Of a stretch of 32,000 nt of DNA, positions 1 to 7,228 are shown piece by piece. The DNA lies in contig OW818653.1 in NCBI GenBank assembly GCA_942492995.1, forward strand, positions 240,001-272,000, in the 5' to 3' direction. The notes beneath the pieces were generated by a model that was not told the DNA's origin, did no database searches, and saw only the letters and a list, made by a program, of their open reading frames with translations. Every line of letters begins with the position of its first letter. The stretch's first letter is position 1. The DNA comes from an uncultured Erysipelotrichaceae bacterium. Its GTDB lineage: Bacteria > Bacillota_I > Bacilli_A > Erysipelotrichales > Erysipelotrichaceae. A program made the translations under genes and the position numbers.

Positions 1-2
1 CT

Positions 3-554
3 GGGTCATTTGCGGATGATGAATACATAAGTTCAACTATTAATCCTTGGTTTAATGTAGCAGAACCTATTTATCCATTACCGTTATTTGCAAGTAACGA
101 AGATGAATTTCTAATAACATTGAAATTCAATTATGAGATTGATTTTGATTTAACTTCAGTTGCAAGTGCCTTCACGATTAAAGATTTTACGAATGTACAG
201 TTTTCGATATTATCGACACAACCTGGAATAGATAATTCAGAGATTATATTTACTTTGAGTAATTTTGCCAGTGCAAGTGGTAATTTGTATATTTCTTATG
301 ATCGAACAATATTAGAATTAGATAGTTTACATCAAGGAAGTCGATTTGCTATTGAAAGTTTTGTGTTTGATTTTACACCTGAATTAGTACCACCAGAAGG
401 AAATGATTTTGAGAATATTACAATATCATTACCAGTAACGTTTGTATTAAAACAAGTGTTTTATTCAAGTGCATTTAATGGGAATGAAAACATTACATTA
501 AGCTTATCGAATATAAGTTTTATAGTTACGAAAGTTGGAAGTAATCCACTATAA
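3..554 (+). CDS. Phage structural protein of unknown function, C-terminal part (5' end outside window)
   Basis: The frame of the tracked 120..554 ORF stays open back to nt 3 (GSFADDEYISSTINPW...LITLKFNYE), so the gene enters the window truncated. It ends 8 nt before the next tail gene. No catalytic motif recognised. Confidence 0.5.
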   Translation, partial: GSFADDEYISSTINPWFNVAEPIYPLPLFASNEDEFLITLKFNYEIDFDLTSVASAFTIKDFTNVQFSILSTQPGIDNSEIIFTLSNFASASGNLYISYDRTILELDSLHQGSRFAIESFVFDFTPELVPPEGNDFENITISLPVTFVLKQVFYSSAFNGNENITLSLSNISFIVTKVGSNPL

Positions 555-562
555 GGAGAGTT

Positions 563-2455
563 ATGAATTTAAAAAATAAAGTTAATATTCACAATCGATT
601 TGACATCGAGATTAAAGATTCTATAACTGGAGAGTTAAAGAAATCGATTACTTCATATAATATAGTTTTAAATCAAATGTATACTCGTTTATGTGGTGGA
701 TCTTCGTATTTTGTTAACATACATTTTGGATCAGGCGCAGGTACTTTAGCTGCATCAAGAACAACTTTGTTTAGTCATCTTGGTACTAAAGTAGCAGTTG
801 ATGAAGAGATAATAAAAGCTATTCCTTTAAGTACTTGGAAACGCAAAGTCGTTTTAAATCCAGAAGAATTTGTTGGTAATACGATATCTGAAGTAGGTAT
901 TGCTTATGGAGCAACAAACACAAATTTGGTAACTCACTCGTTATTAAAAGACAGTGAAGGCAATCCAATTTCAATTGTTAAGACAGACGTAGATATTATC
1001 ACGATTTATGCGACTGTTTTTGTTACTTTTGATAATACTAATCCGAATTTAACGTACTTAAGCATGCCAAGTAGTAATACATTAGTTAATTATCTAATCG
1101 GTGGAGCAACTGCACCGACTGGAGCTTTTAGTTTAAATGATACATTTTTAGCGAAAATTAAATTGGGAACAACATCAACCGTTACATGGACAAGTGATAC
1201 GGCTAACAAACAAAGAAAAACAAATATACCTAGATTTGCGACTACTTCTGGTAATGGACACGTGAAATTTTTAGAATTCACAAATATATTTAGTCTAGAG
1301 TTGCCTTATACACCTGTATTTACAGGTCAAGGATATACTGGAGTATCTTTAGGTATCGGTGATGGAGTAGAGGAAGAATTTCAATTACCATCTGCTAATA
1401 TTAAGGATGATAGCATAGTGGTTAAGAGAAATGGTGTTGTAGAATCGTTATCAAATTATGTTTTGAGTGATTTTATAGGCGAACATAGATCTTCTAAAGT
1501 TCAAGTATTATCAATTGGAGGTTATTCAATACCATCTATTGCAATCTCAGGTGATGGCAAAGTTGTAGCAATCCCTCTTAGTAATTCGAATAACATAAGT
1601 ATATGTGATTTTGATGGAGAAAACTTAATATCTAGGTTTGAATATAATACACTTGCTCAATCAACTTATGATATAGCATTGAGTTATGATGGAATGGTTG
1701 TTGCAAGATCGAGTGCAAACGGTTCAATAATAGGCAGTGTAAGTGGATTCGCCAAAGTGTTTGATGTTGTTGGAAGTACACTTATTCCAAGAGCAACATT
1801 ATCCGATACTAATAGTGTTGTTCAACATTTAGAACTTTCAAACGATGGAAATCGACTTATATATGCGCCAAACTCTAGCACTTTAAAGAGTGTATTATGG
1901 AGTGGAACAAGCTGGAGTTATCAAACATTCGATGAAGTAATTAATAGTGCAAATATTGTTCAATTGAAGATGAATAAGACAGGCAATGTGTTAGCTGTTG
2001 CAATTAGTATTTCACCATTTATTGTCGTATTTGATTTAGTCGGTACAGTATGGTCAAAGCGTGTTAATCTATCAGTGTTGCCTAGTACTGCACCAACAGG
2101 AATATATATAAGTGAAGATGGTCAAATCCTTTATGTAGAGTTTGTAACAGGAAATGAGATGCACAGATGGAGTGGAGTAACTTGGAATAAAGCACCAAGA
2201 GTTGTTCGTGACCCTCAATGGTATAGAAAGAATACATCAATAAGCGATGATAGAAAATATTTAGTGAATACAAATGGTGGTGCATCTCCTTTTAATGACA
2301 TCAAATATGGGTTACCATTCAAAATTATTGAGTTCAATACACCACCTGCAGTTAATGATGTGATCACTGCAGATTATATTGTAGATGGAGTACACAAAAC
2401 GGATCAATTCGTAATTGATGCATTTTTTGCAATTCAATTCGGGGAGGGGATATAA
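563..2455 (+). CDS. Phage tail fibre / receptor-binding-type structural protein with a beta-propeller-like repeat domain
   Basis: 630-aa ORF with SD GGAGAG upstream. Six repeats spaced about 44-52 aa apart carry the motif [hydrophobic]-x-[IL]-S-x-D-G: IAISGDG, IALSYDG, LELSNDG, LKMNKTG, IYISEDG, SISDDR. It sits just upstream of the lysis module. Confidence 0.6.
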   Translation: MNLKNKVNIHNRFDIEIKDSITGELKKSITSYNIVLNQMYTRLCGGSSYFVNIHFGSGAGTLAASRTTLFSHLGTKVAVDEEIIKAIPLSTWKRKVVLNPEEFVGNTISEVGIAYGATNTNLVTHSLLKDSEGNPISIVKTDVDIITIYATVFVTFDNTNPNLTYLSMPSSNTLVNYLIGGATAPTGAFSLNDTFLAKIKLGTTSTVTWTSDTANKQRKTNIPRFATTSGNGHVKFLEFTNIFSLELPYTPVFTGQGYTGVSLGIGDGVEEEFQLPSANIKDDSIVVKRNGVVESLSNYVLSDFIGEHRSSKVQVLSIGGYSIPSIAISGDGKVVAIPLSNSNNISICDFDGENLISRFEYNTLAQSTYDIALSYDGMVVARSSANGSIIGSVSGFAKVFDVVGSTLIPRATLSDTNSVVQHLELSNDGNRLIYAPNSSTLKSVLWSGTSWSYQTFDEVINSANIVQLKMNKTGNVLAVAISISPFIVVFDLVGTVWSKRVNLSVLPSTAPTGIYISEDGQILYVEFVTGNEMHRWSGVTWNKAPRVVRDPQWYRKNTSISDDRKYLVNTNGGASPFNDIKYGLPFKIIEFNTPPAVNDVITADYIVDGVHKTDQFVIDAFFAIQFGEGI

Positions 2456-2620
2456 ATGAAGTTCGGAGAAATTCATTGTTCGTGTGGGCAAGTCTTCTAT
2501 TTTGAAACAAATAGAAGTGAAATAAATTGTGTAGGTTGTGGATTAAATCATAATGTTGAAAATTATCCTATAAAAGAAGAAGTTGTTGAGGAAGAACTTT
2601 TAGCTGAATCAGCAATGTGA
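2456..2620 (+). CDS. Small zinc-ribbon protein (54 aa), not in the ORF track
   Basis: ATG at 2456 lies directly after the TAA of the upstream gene and is preceded by GGGGAGGGGA. It translates to MKFGEIHCSCGQVFYFETNRSEINCVGCGLNHNVENYPIKEEVVEEELLAESAM, with a CxC...CxxC pattern and an acidic tail. Stop TGA at 2618-2620, 8 nt before the next gene. Confidence 0.45.
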   Translation: MKFGEIHCSCGQVFYFETNRSEINCVGCGLNHNVENYPIKEEVVEEELLAESAM

Positions 2621-2628
2621 GGTGTTGA

Positions 2629-3516
2629 ATGATATTAACATTTGAAAATCAAGGAGTAGTCGGGACTGGACTATTCCCTGATTTCTTACAGTTTTATGAT
2701 ACTGAAGGTCAATTGTTCTATGTTAAAGAAGGTGAGTTGTTTGGTAAACCAAGTGAAAAACTCAATGGATATTTTAACTCTCCCGATTGGTTGAGTGAAA
2801 ATAAAGTTTTAAATGATTCAAATGTTTCACTCTTAGAAATAAAGACATTGAATGGTTTTGGATTAATTGGATCATTTAAATCGAATGATACTCAAAAGAT
2901 GATAATCTATGAATTTCAATTTAATATGGATCAGTATTTGAAAGATGGAAATATTCAGTTCAGTGTAGATAACCCGATTTATTCATTTAATTTATCAGTG
3001 GAAAATCCAAAAGATGAATACAGTGATATTGATGGTAATGTTGCGATTAGTGAAAATTCAAGTTTGTTTTCACCTGGTGCAAAAGTCATATTTAAATTCT
3101 CAATGGGTGAAGGTGAAGAAGATTTTGAGATGGGAACATTTTACATTGATCATTCAGACTATTCAGTGTTATCCGAATCAGTTCAAGTTGATGGAAGAAA
3201 TCTCATTGGCAAAGCTTTAAAAGACCAAACTTTAAATACACACAAATCGATTAGTTATAAAACAATTAGTGGAATATTTGAAGAGTTACTAGAATATGCT
3301 AACTTGACTCATGATCAGTATGATGTTCAATTCGATTCAAACCAACGTTCTTTTGGGTTTACTGCAGATAAAGATATATTGAGTGCGATTAATGAAATTC
3401 TAAAGACAATGGTTACCTGGAAGATTGAAGAGAGTACTGACGGAAGAATTGTTATTGGTGATTTGAGTTATGGGTTATTTTGCTCCAAAATCAACTTATA
3501 CATTTCTAAGAAATAA
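2629..3516 (+). CDS. Phage structural (baseplate/tail-associated) hypothetical protein
   Basis: 295-aa ORF with SD GAGGTG upstream, in the tail-to-lysis gene block. Its 3' end overlaps the next ORF by 47 nt in another frame. Confidence 0.5.
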   Translation: MILTFENQGVVGTGLFPDFLQFYDTEGQLFYVKEGELFGKPSEKLNGYFNSPDWLSENKVLNDSNVSLLEIKTLNGFGLIGSFKSNDTQKMIIYEFQFNMDQYLKDGNIQFSVDNPIYSFNLSVENPKDEYSDIDGNVAISENSSLFSPGAKVIFKFSMGEGEEDFEMGTFYIDHSDYSVLSESVQVDGRNLIGKALKDQTLNTHKSISYKTISGIFEELLEYANLTHDQYDVQFDSNQRSFGFTADKDILSAINEILKTMVTWKIEESTDGRIVIGDLSYGLFCSKINLYISKK

Positions 3517-4000
3517 AGATATCTTCAGTCGTAGTATTCGAAGAGATGATGAATCAGCGTATCGTAAAGTGTGTATTCATGATCGTAATTGGACTGTTGA
3601 AGTCTATCGCGATGTTCAGTCATATTCTGGTTGGAATTTACAATCGAATAAAACATTGTTTATTGATGTGCCAGATGGAACATCACTAGCGAATGCATCG
3701 AGTATCGCGGATTCAATTGCTAGTCGTTTAGAGAGTGTTGGTAAGCTTGAAAGTTTCACAGGTCCTTTTAGACCTTTTTTATTAATAGGTGACGGAGCAT
3801 CAATTGTTGACGATAATGGAACAACTGAACTTGGGTTAATCACTGAAGTTTCTCATACATTCGGGAAGAGTGGATTTACCACGAGTTTTGCTGTTGATTC
3901 TGGAGGTAAAGTGGGTAGAGGAAGATTAGTTGATTATATTGCCATGGTACGTGGGGAAAGGACACCAGGATCGATTGGATACGAAGATATCATCCCATAA
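3470..4000 (+). CDS. Phage structural hypothetical protein (possibly the C-terminal part of the 2629 gene)
   Basis: 176-aa ORF in the +1 frame relative to 2629..3516. Its ATG comes one codon after an in-frame TGA (3464-3466). Only a weak SD (GGTGAT). Confidence 0.45.
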   Translation: MGYFAPKSTYTFLRNKDIFSRSIRRDDESAYRKVCIHDRNWTVEVYRDVQSYSGWNLQSNKTLFIDVPDGTSLANASSIADSIASRLESVGKLESFTGPFRPFLLIGDGASIVDDNGTTELGLITEVSHTFGKSGFTTSFAVDSGGKVGRGRLVDYIAMVRGERTPGSIGYEDIIP

Positions 4001-4256
4001 TGAGTTTAGCAAAAAATTAGTTCGAATAAGTTATTTGTTAGCAGTGTTACTAACTATTACTCTTTTTATAGGTTCTATTTTGGATAAAGATATGTCATCC
4101 TTTTCAAATGTAGTTTTAGCTAGTTGGGTAGAACTAAGTAGTATTAATGCATTTTATATTTGGAAAGCAAAAGCAGAGAATAAGATAAAAATTATTTCAT
4201 CATTACCTAAAGAGGTAATAGATAAGATAGAAGTCCTCCGGGACTTTTTTAATTGA
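3930..4256 (+). CDS. Small membrane protein, holin-like
   Basis: TTG start preceded by AGAGGAAG at 5-nt spacing. Two hydrophobic segments (ISYLLAVLLTITLFIGSIL and VVLASWVELSSINAFYIW). Located just upstream of the endolysin. The start is uncertain because it overlaps the previous ORF by 71 nt. Confidence 0.4.
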   Translation: MIILPWYVGKGHQDRLDTKISSHNEFSKKLVRISYLLAVLLTITLFIGSILDKDMSSFSNVVLASWVELSSINAFYIWKAKAENKIKIISSLPKEVIDKIEVLRDFFN

Positions 4257-4266
4257 AAGGAGAACT

Positions 4267-4626
4267 ATGGAAGTTCTAAAGAAATTTACATCACGCAAGT
4301 TTTTAATCCAACTCGGAGGATTGATATTCTCGATATTAGCTATTTTATATGGGAAGGATAATGAATCAGTAATGCTGATTGGTCAAGTAGGAGTTATTGT
4401 ATTTCCTTTAGCATATATCGTTGTCGAAACATATCTTGATGGAAAAGCGCTAAGTTTAAAACAAACTGTTCCAACATTTGCGAAAACTATCAATGATTTA
4501 GTTCAATTATATGAAGATCGATACGGTGAAGATGGTATAACAAACTTTATTCAAGATTTCTTAGCTTTACTAAAACGTCATTTTGAAGAAGACCAAGATA
4601 TAAAAGGCCCTGAGGTTACGGAATGA
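4267..4626 (+). CDS. Holin-like membrane protein
   Basis: SD GAAAGGAGAA upstream. Two TM segments (FLIQLGGLIFSILAILY and LIGQVGVIVFPLAYIVV) and a charged C-terminus. ATGA stop/start overlap with the endolysin gene. Confidence 0.5.
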   Translation: MEVLKKFTSRKFLIQLGGLIFSILAILYGKDNESVMLIGQVGVIVFPLAYIVVETYLDGKALSLKQTVPTFAKTINDLVQLYEDRYGEDGITNFIQDFLALLKRHFEEDQDIKGPEVTE

Positions 4627-5381
4627 AGTTAGCAGATGGATTACTAAGACGTACTGACTACGTACCAGGTGATCTATTTGGAATGCGATTCCATCCAATA
4701 GATAAAGTTTACAAAATGCATAATGGTGTTGACATTAAGACATATAAGAACAAATGGCCAATTTTTTCATTAGAACATGGAATAGTCGAAAATGTTGGAT
4801 ACGACAAGTTGATCGGTAATTTTACGCGTATCATTTATAGACGAATTGGTTATACTATTTTTCTTTATCATAAAGATGATAATTTATTAAAGAAGAAACA
4901 ACAGATTGGTCCATCAACATTAATTGGTCATGTTGGAACTACCGGTAAATCTACTGGTGTTCATTTGCATATTGGAGTAAAACGTATCGGTAGTGATGAA
5001 TGGATAGATCCAAATACAATTGATTATATTCCTCCAAATGATGAGCTTCTAATTGAAAATGGTATTCTAGATTCTAAAACACTTTATAAAATTCAGCTTT
5101 ATTACAAATTGTTTCCAGATTGCGAAATAAGTGGTCAAGTTAATTTGGATCTAATTAAGAAGTTTAAATTTATCAAGCTTGGAACAAGTGGATCTAATTT
5201 GATTAAAGCTATTCAAAAAGACTTATCGATCACAGTTGATGGTAAAGCTGGTAAACAGACAATTAAGGCTATGCAAAAATCAACTGGTACACCTGAAACC
5301 GGAATAATTCTTGTAAAGAATGATCCTATGATTTTGGAAATGCAAAAAAGAATTAATCGTGGGGGAAAATTATGGGGGTAA
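4623..5381 (+). CDS. Endolysin: M23 family metallopeptidase with a C-terminal peptidoglycan-binding-like domain
   Basis: M23 motifs HNGVDI (HxxxD) and GVHLHIGV (HxH). The C-terminal LIKAIQKDLSITVDGKAGKQTIKAMQK resembles a PG_binding_1 repeat. Position is typical of a phage lysis cassette. Confidence 0.8.
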   Translation: MKLADGLLRRTDYVPGDLFGMRFHPIDKVYKMHNGVDIKTYKNKWPIFSLEHGIVENVGYDKLIGNFTRIIYRRIGYTIFLYHKDDNLLKKKQQIGPSTLIGHVGTTGKSTGVHLHIGVKRIGSDEWIDPNTIDYIPPNDELLIENGILDSKTLYKIQLYYKLFPDCEISGQVNLDLIKKFKFIKLGTSGSNLIKAIQKDLSITVDGKAGKQTIKAMQKSTGTPETGIILVKNDPMILEMQKRINRGGKLWG

Positions 5382-5384
5382 AAT

Positions 5385-5702
5385 ATGATTGATGCAAACA
5401 GTGGATTAACATTTGGATTACTTGGAGTAATGGTTGGAGCTGCAATTGGAATGTTCAGTTATATGGCCAAGGTTAAAACCGAAGCTAAAGCTGAAGGTAA
5501 GGCAGAAGGAACACTTCAATCAACCATGGACAATATTGATAAAAAGATTGATAAAATGAATGATTCGAATGAAGCTTTTCAAAAAGAACATCGAGAAGAA
5601 CATAAAGAACTTAATAATCGAGTTCAAAGAGTTGAAGAATACGTATCAATTCAGAAATCAAAAACAAAAAGTAAGGGACATAACGATCCTGAAGAAGCAT
5701 AA
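5385..5702 (+). CDS. Membrane-anchored coiled-coil protein (lysis accessory or holin-like)
   Basis: N-terminal TM (LTFGLLGVMVGAAIGMFSYMA) followed by a charged, heptad-like region (KTEAKAEGKAEG...HREEHKELNNRVQRVEE). Last gene before a strong terminator. Confidence 0.45.
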   Translation: MIDANSGLTFGLLGVMVGAAIGMFSYMAKVKTEAKAEGKAEGTLQSTMDNIDKKIDKMNDSNEAFQKEHREEHKELNNRVQRVEEYVSIQKSKTKSKGHNDPEEA

Positions 5703-5726
5703 CCCCTCTTAATTGAGGGGTTTTAT
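5701..5726 (+). terminator. Rho-independent terminator ending the phage late/lysis operon
   Basis: AACCCCTC-TTAATT-GAGGGGTT hairpin followed by TTTAT. It overlaps the TAA stop at 5700-5702. Confidence 0.8.
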
Positions 5727-5840
5727 ACTTGTAAATAATAATTGAAATAGAATATGAATAAACTTGACCATGGGCAACATTTTATGTTGAATCAGAAAAT
5801 GCGTGTATAATAAACTTATATTAGTTAGGGGGATGTGATT

Positions 5841-6293
5841 ATGATTTATGTTTTTGAAGATCCAAATGTTGTAGCTAGATACATTTTAAGTAAAGTTCCT
5901 TCTTCGCAGAAGAAACTTCATAAGTTACTTTACTATGCATTTAGTTGGTATCTTTATATTAATAACGAAAAAGATGAAATTAAAAATCTATTATTCCCTA
6001 ATAGTTTTCAAGCATGGGTACATGGTCCAGTTTTAAGAGATGTTTACCCTGTATATTCAAAATTTGGATTTAGGGAAATGGAAGTAACTAATTTTAGTGA
6101 CAATATTAATCATGATGTTGCTTTATTTCTTGATAATGTAATTGATACTTATGGTGATTTTGACGCAAATACTTTAGAAGAAAGAACACACTCTGATACC
6201 GCTTGGATTAAAGCTAGGGGTAATTTAGAAGCGAATGAACCATGTAAAGTGGTGCTAAAACTTGAAGATATTTATGAGAGTTTAGATAACTAA
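5841..6293 (+). CDS. Panacea / DUF4065 domain protein (SocA-like, putative PanA-type antitoxin)
   Basis: Shows the family signature as I remember it: KKLHKLLYYAFSW...FQAWVHGPVLRDVYPVYSKFG...LEERTHSDTAWIKA. SD TAGGGGGA lies 7 nt before ATG 5841; the tracked GTG at 5835 abuts the SD and is unlikely. 150 aa, with no extra HTH domain. Confidence 0.75.
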   Translation: MIYVFEDPNVVARYILSKVPSSQKKLHKLLYYAFSWYLYINNEKDEIKNLLFPNSFQAWVHGPVLRDVYPVYSKFGFREMEVTNFSDNINHDVALFLDNVIDTYGDFDANTLEERTHSDTAWIKARGNLEANEPCKVVLKLEDIYESLDN

Positions 6294-6838
6294 TGCCTGC
6301 AAAAAATAAGAAAATAGATGTTAAATCAACGGAAGTTGATTCATATAGTCAAAATATAATTGTCGATTACTCATTTAAAACCATTTGGGTTTCTGTAACT
6401 GTGGATGAGTTTACGAATTATTTATGTAGTAAAGAAGAATTTTTTAAGTTTCACTATATGATTTTTTCAAAATTGACTTTCGAGTTAAGTGGTATAAGTA
6501 GAAAAGAATTATTTGTTAAATTTCCACATTCAAGAACATTAAAAGATTATGATCTTAAAAAAATCACACCAATTTTAAGAGCATTATTAAAAAAACAAAA
6601 TGATGCATATTCTGAAAAGGATATTACAGATGCAATAAATCAAAATATTTCTGAAGAGCAACTATATCAAATTGGACATAATTCGATGAGAGTTATAGGG
6701 TATTTCAAGAAAAATGTATTTAAAGTTTTATTTTTTGATTACTATCATCTAATAAATCCTGATAAAAATTATAATGAATCAGATTATTCCAGCTACTCAT
6801 TTTGTGTATACTCTGAGGGAAAAAATCAAAATGGATAA
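6293..6838 (+). CDS. Hypothetical protein, candidate toxin/effector partner of the Panacea protein
   Basis: 181-aa ORF. Its ATG shares one base with the upstream TAA (TAATG). No family recognised. The C-terminal LYQIGHNSMRVIGYFKKNVFKVLFFDYYHLI is reminiscent of the RelE/ParE/HigB beta-hairpin region. Confidence 0.5.
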   Translation: MPAKNKKIDVKSTEVDSYSQNIIVDYSFKTIWVSVTVDEFTNYLCSKEEFFKFHYMIFSKLTFELSGISRKELFVKFPHSRTLKDYDLKKITPILRALLKKQNDAYSEKDITDAINQNISEEQLYQIGHNSMRVIGYFKKNVFKVLFFDYYHLINPDKNYNESDYSSYSFCVYSEGKNQNG

Positions 6839-7145
6839 AAATCTATTATATTCATCAAATAAAGAAGAACTCATGGCTAAAATTAAAACTTTAGTGCAAT
6901 CTGGAGAAGGCGGTAAGTACCAAGAACCATTAGAAAAATGGTTAGTTTGGTTTGAGAAAAACTATTCTGAAATTAAACTCGAAAATTTATTATTCCCAAA
7001 TTTCTATCGAGCATATTATTGTGATCGAGATATATTTTCTGTACAGATTTGGATAGAAGACGAAAATGGAGTTAAAAGTCATTTGAAAACACTTTACTCT
7101 AATATACCCAATGAGTTAAGTGAATTAGAAACTGTGTATCTATAA
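6831..7145 (+). CDS. Hypothetical protein, third gene of the Panacea cassette
   Basis: ATG 6831 lies 10 nt after SD GAGGGA and overlaps the upstream stop by 8 nt (ATGGATAA). 104 aa, MDKNLLYSSNKEEL... The tracked start at 6774 has no SD. Tandem terminators follow. Confidence 0.45.
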   Translation: MDKNLLYSSNKEELMAKIKTLVQSGEGGKYQEPLEKWLVWFEKNYSEIKLENLLFPNFYRAYYCDRDIFSVQIWIEDENGVKSHLKTLYSNIPNELSELETVYL

Positions 7146-7192
7146 TTTGGATAGAATAAGTCAAAAAACAGTCAATAAAATTAATCGGTATC

Positions 7193-7221
7193 AAAAAGCC
7201 TTATAAATAAAGGCTTTTTTT
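7193..7221 (+). terminator. Rho-independent terminator (first of two) after the three-gene cassette
   Basis: AAAGCCTT-ATAAATA-AAGGCTTT hairpin followed by a run of six T. Confidence 0.75.
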
Positions 7222-7228
7222 CATCAAG

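Noticed and set aside
3464-3480. Programmed +1 ribosomal frameshift joining ORFs 2629..3516 and 3470..4000
   Set aside because: There is no recognisable slippery heptamer or stimulatory structure, and +1 recoding is rare in phage structural genes. Overlapping genes or an indel are simpler explanations. The observation is kept as a low-interest finding.
5835-5840. GTG 5835 as start of the Panacea gene; likewise 6774 for gene 3, 21245 for serA and 28150 for the HAD gene
   Set aside because: In each case the tracked start either abuts or precedes the Shine-Dalgarno sequence. A downstream ATG has proper SD spacing and matches the family N-terminus better.
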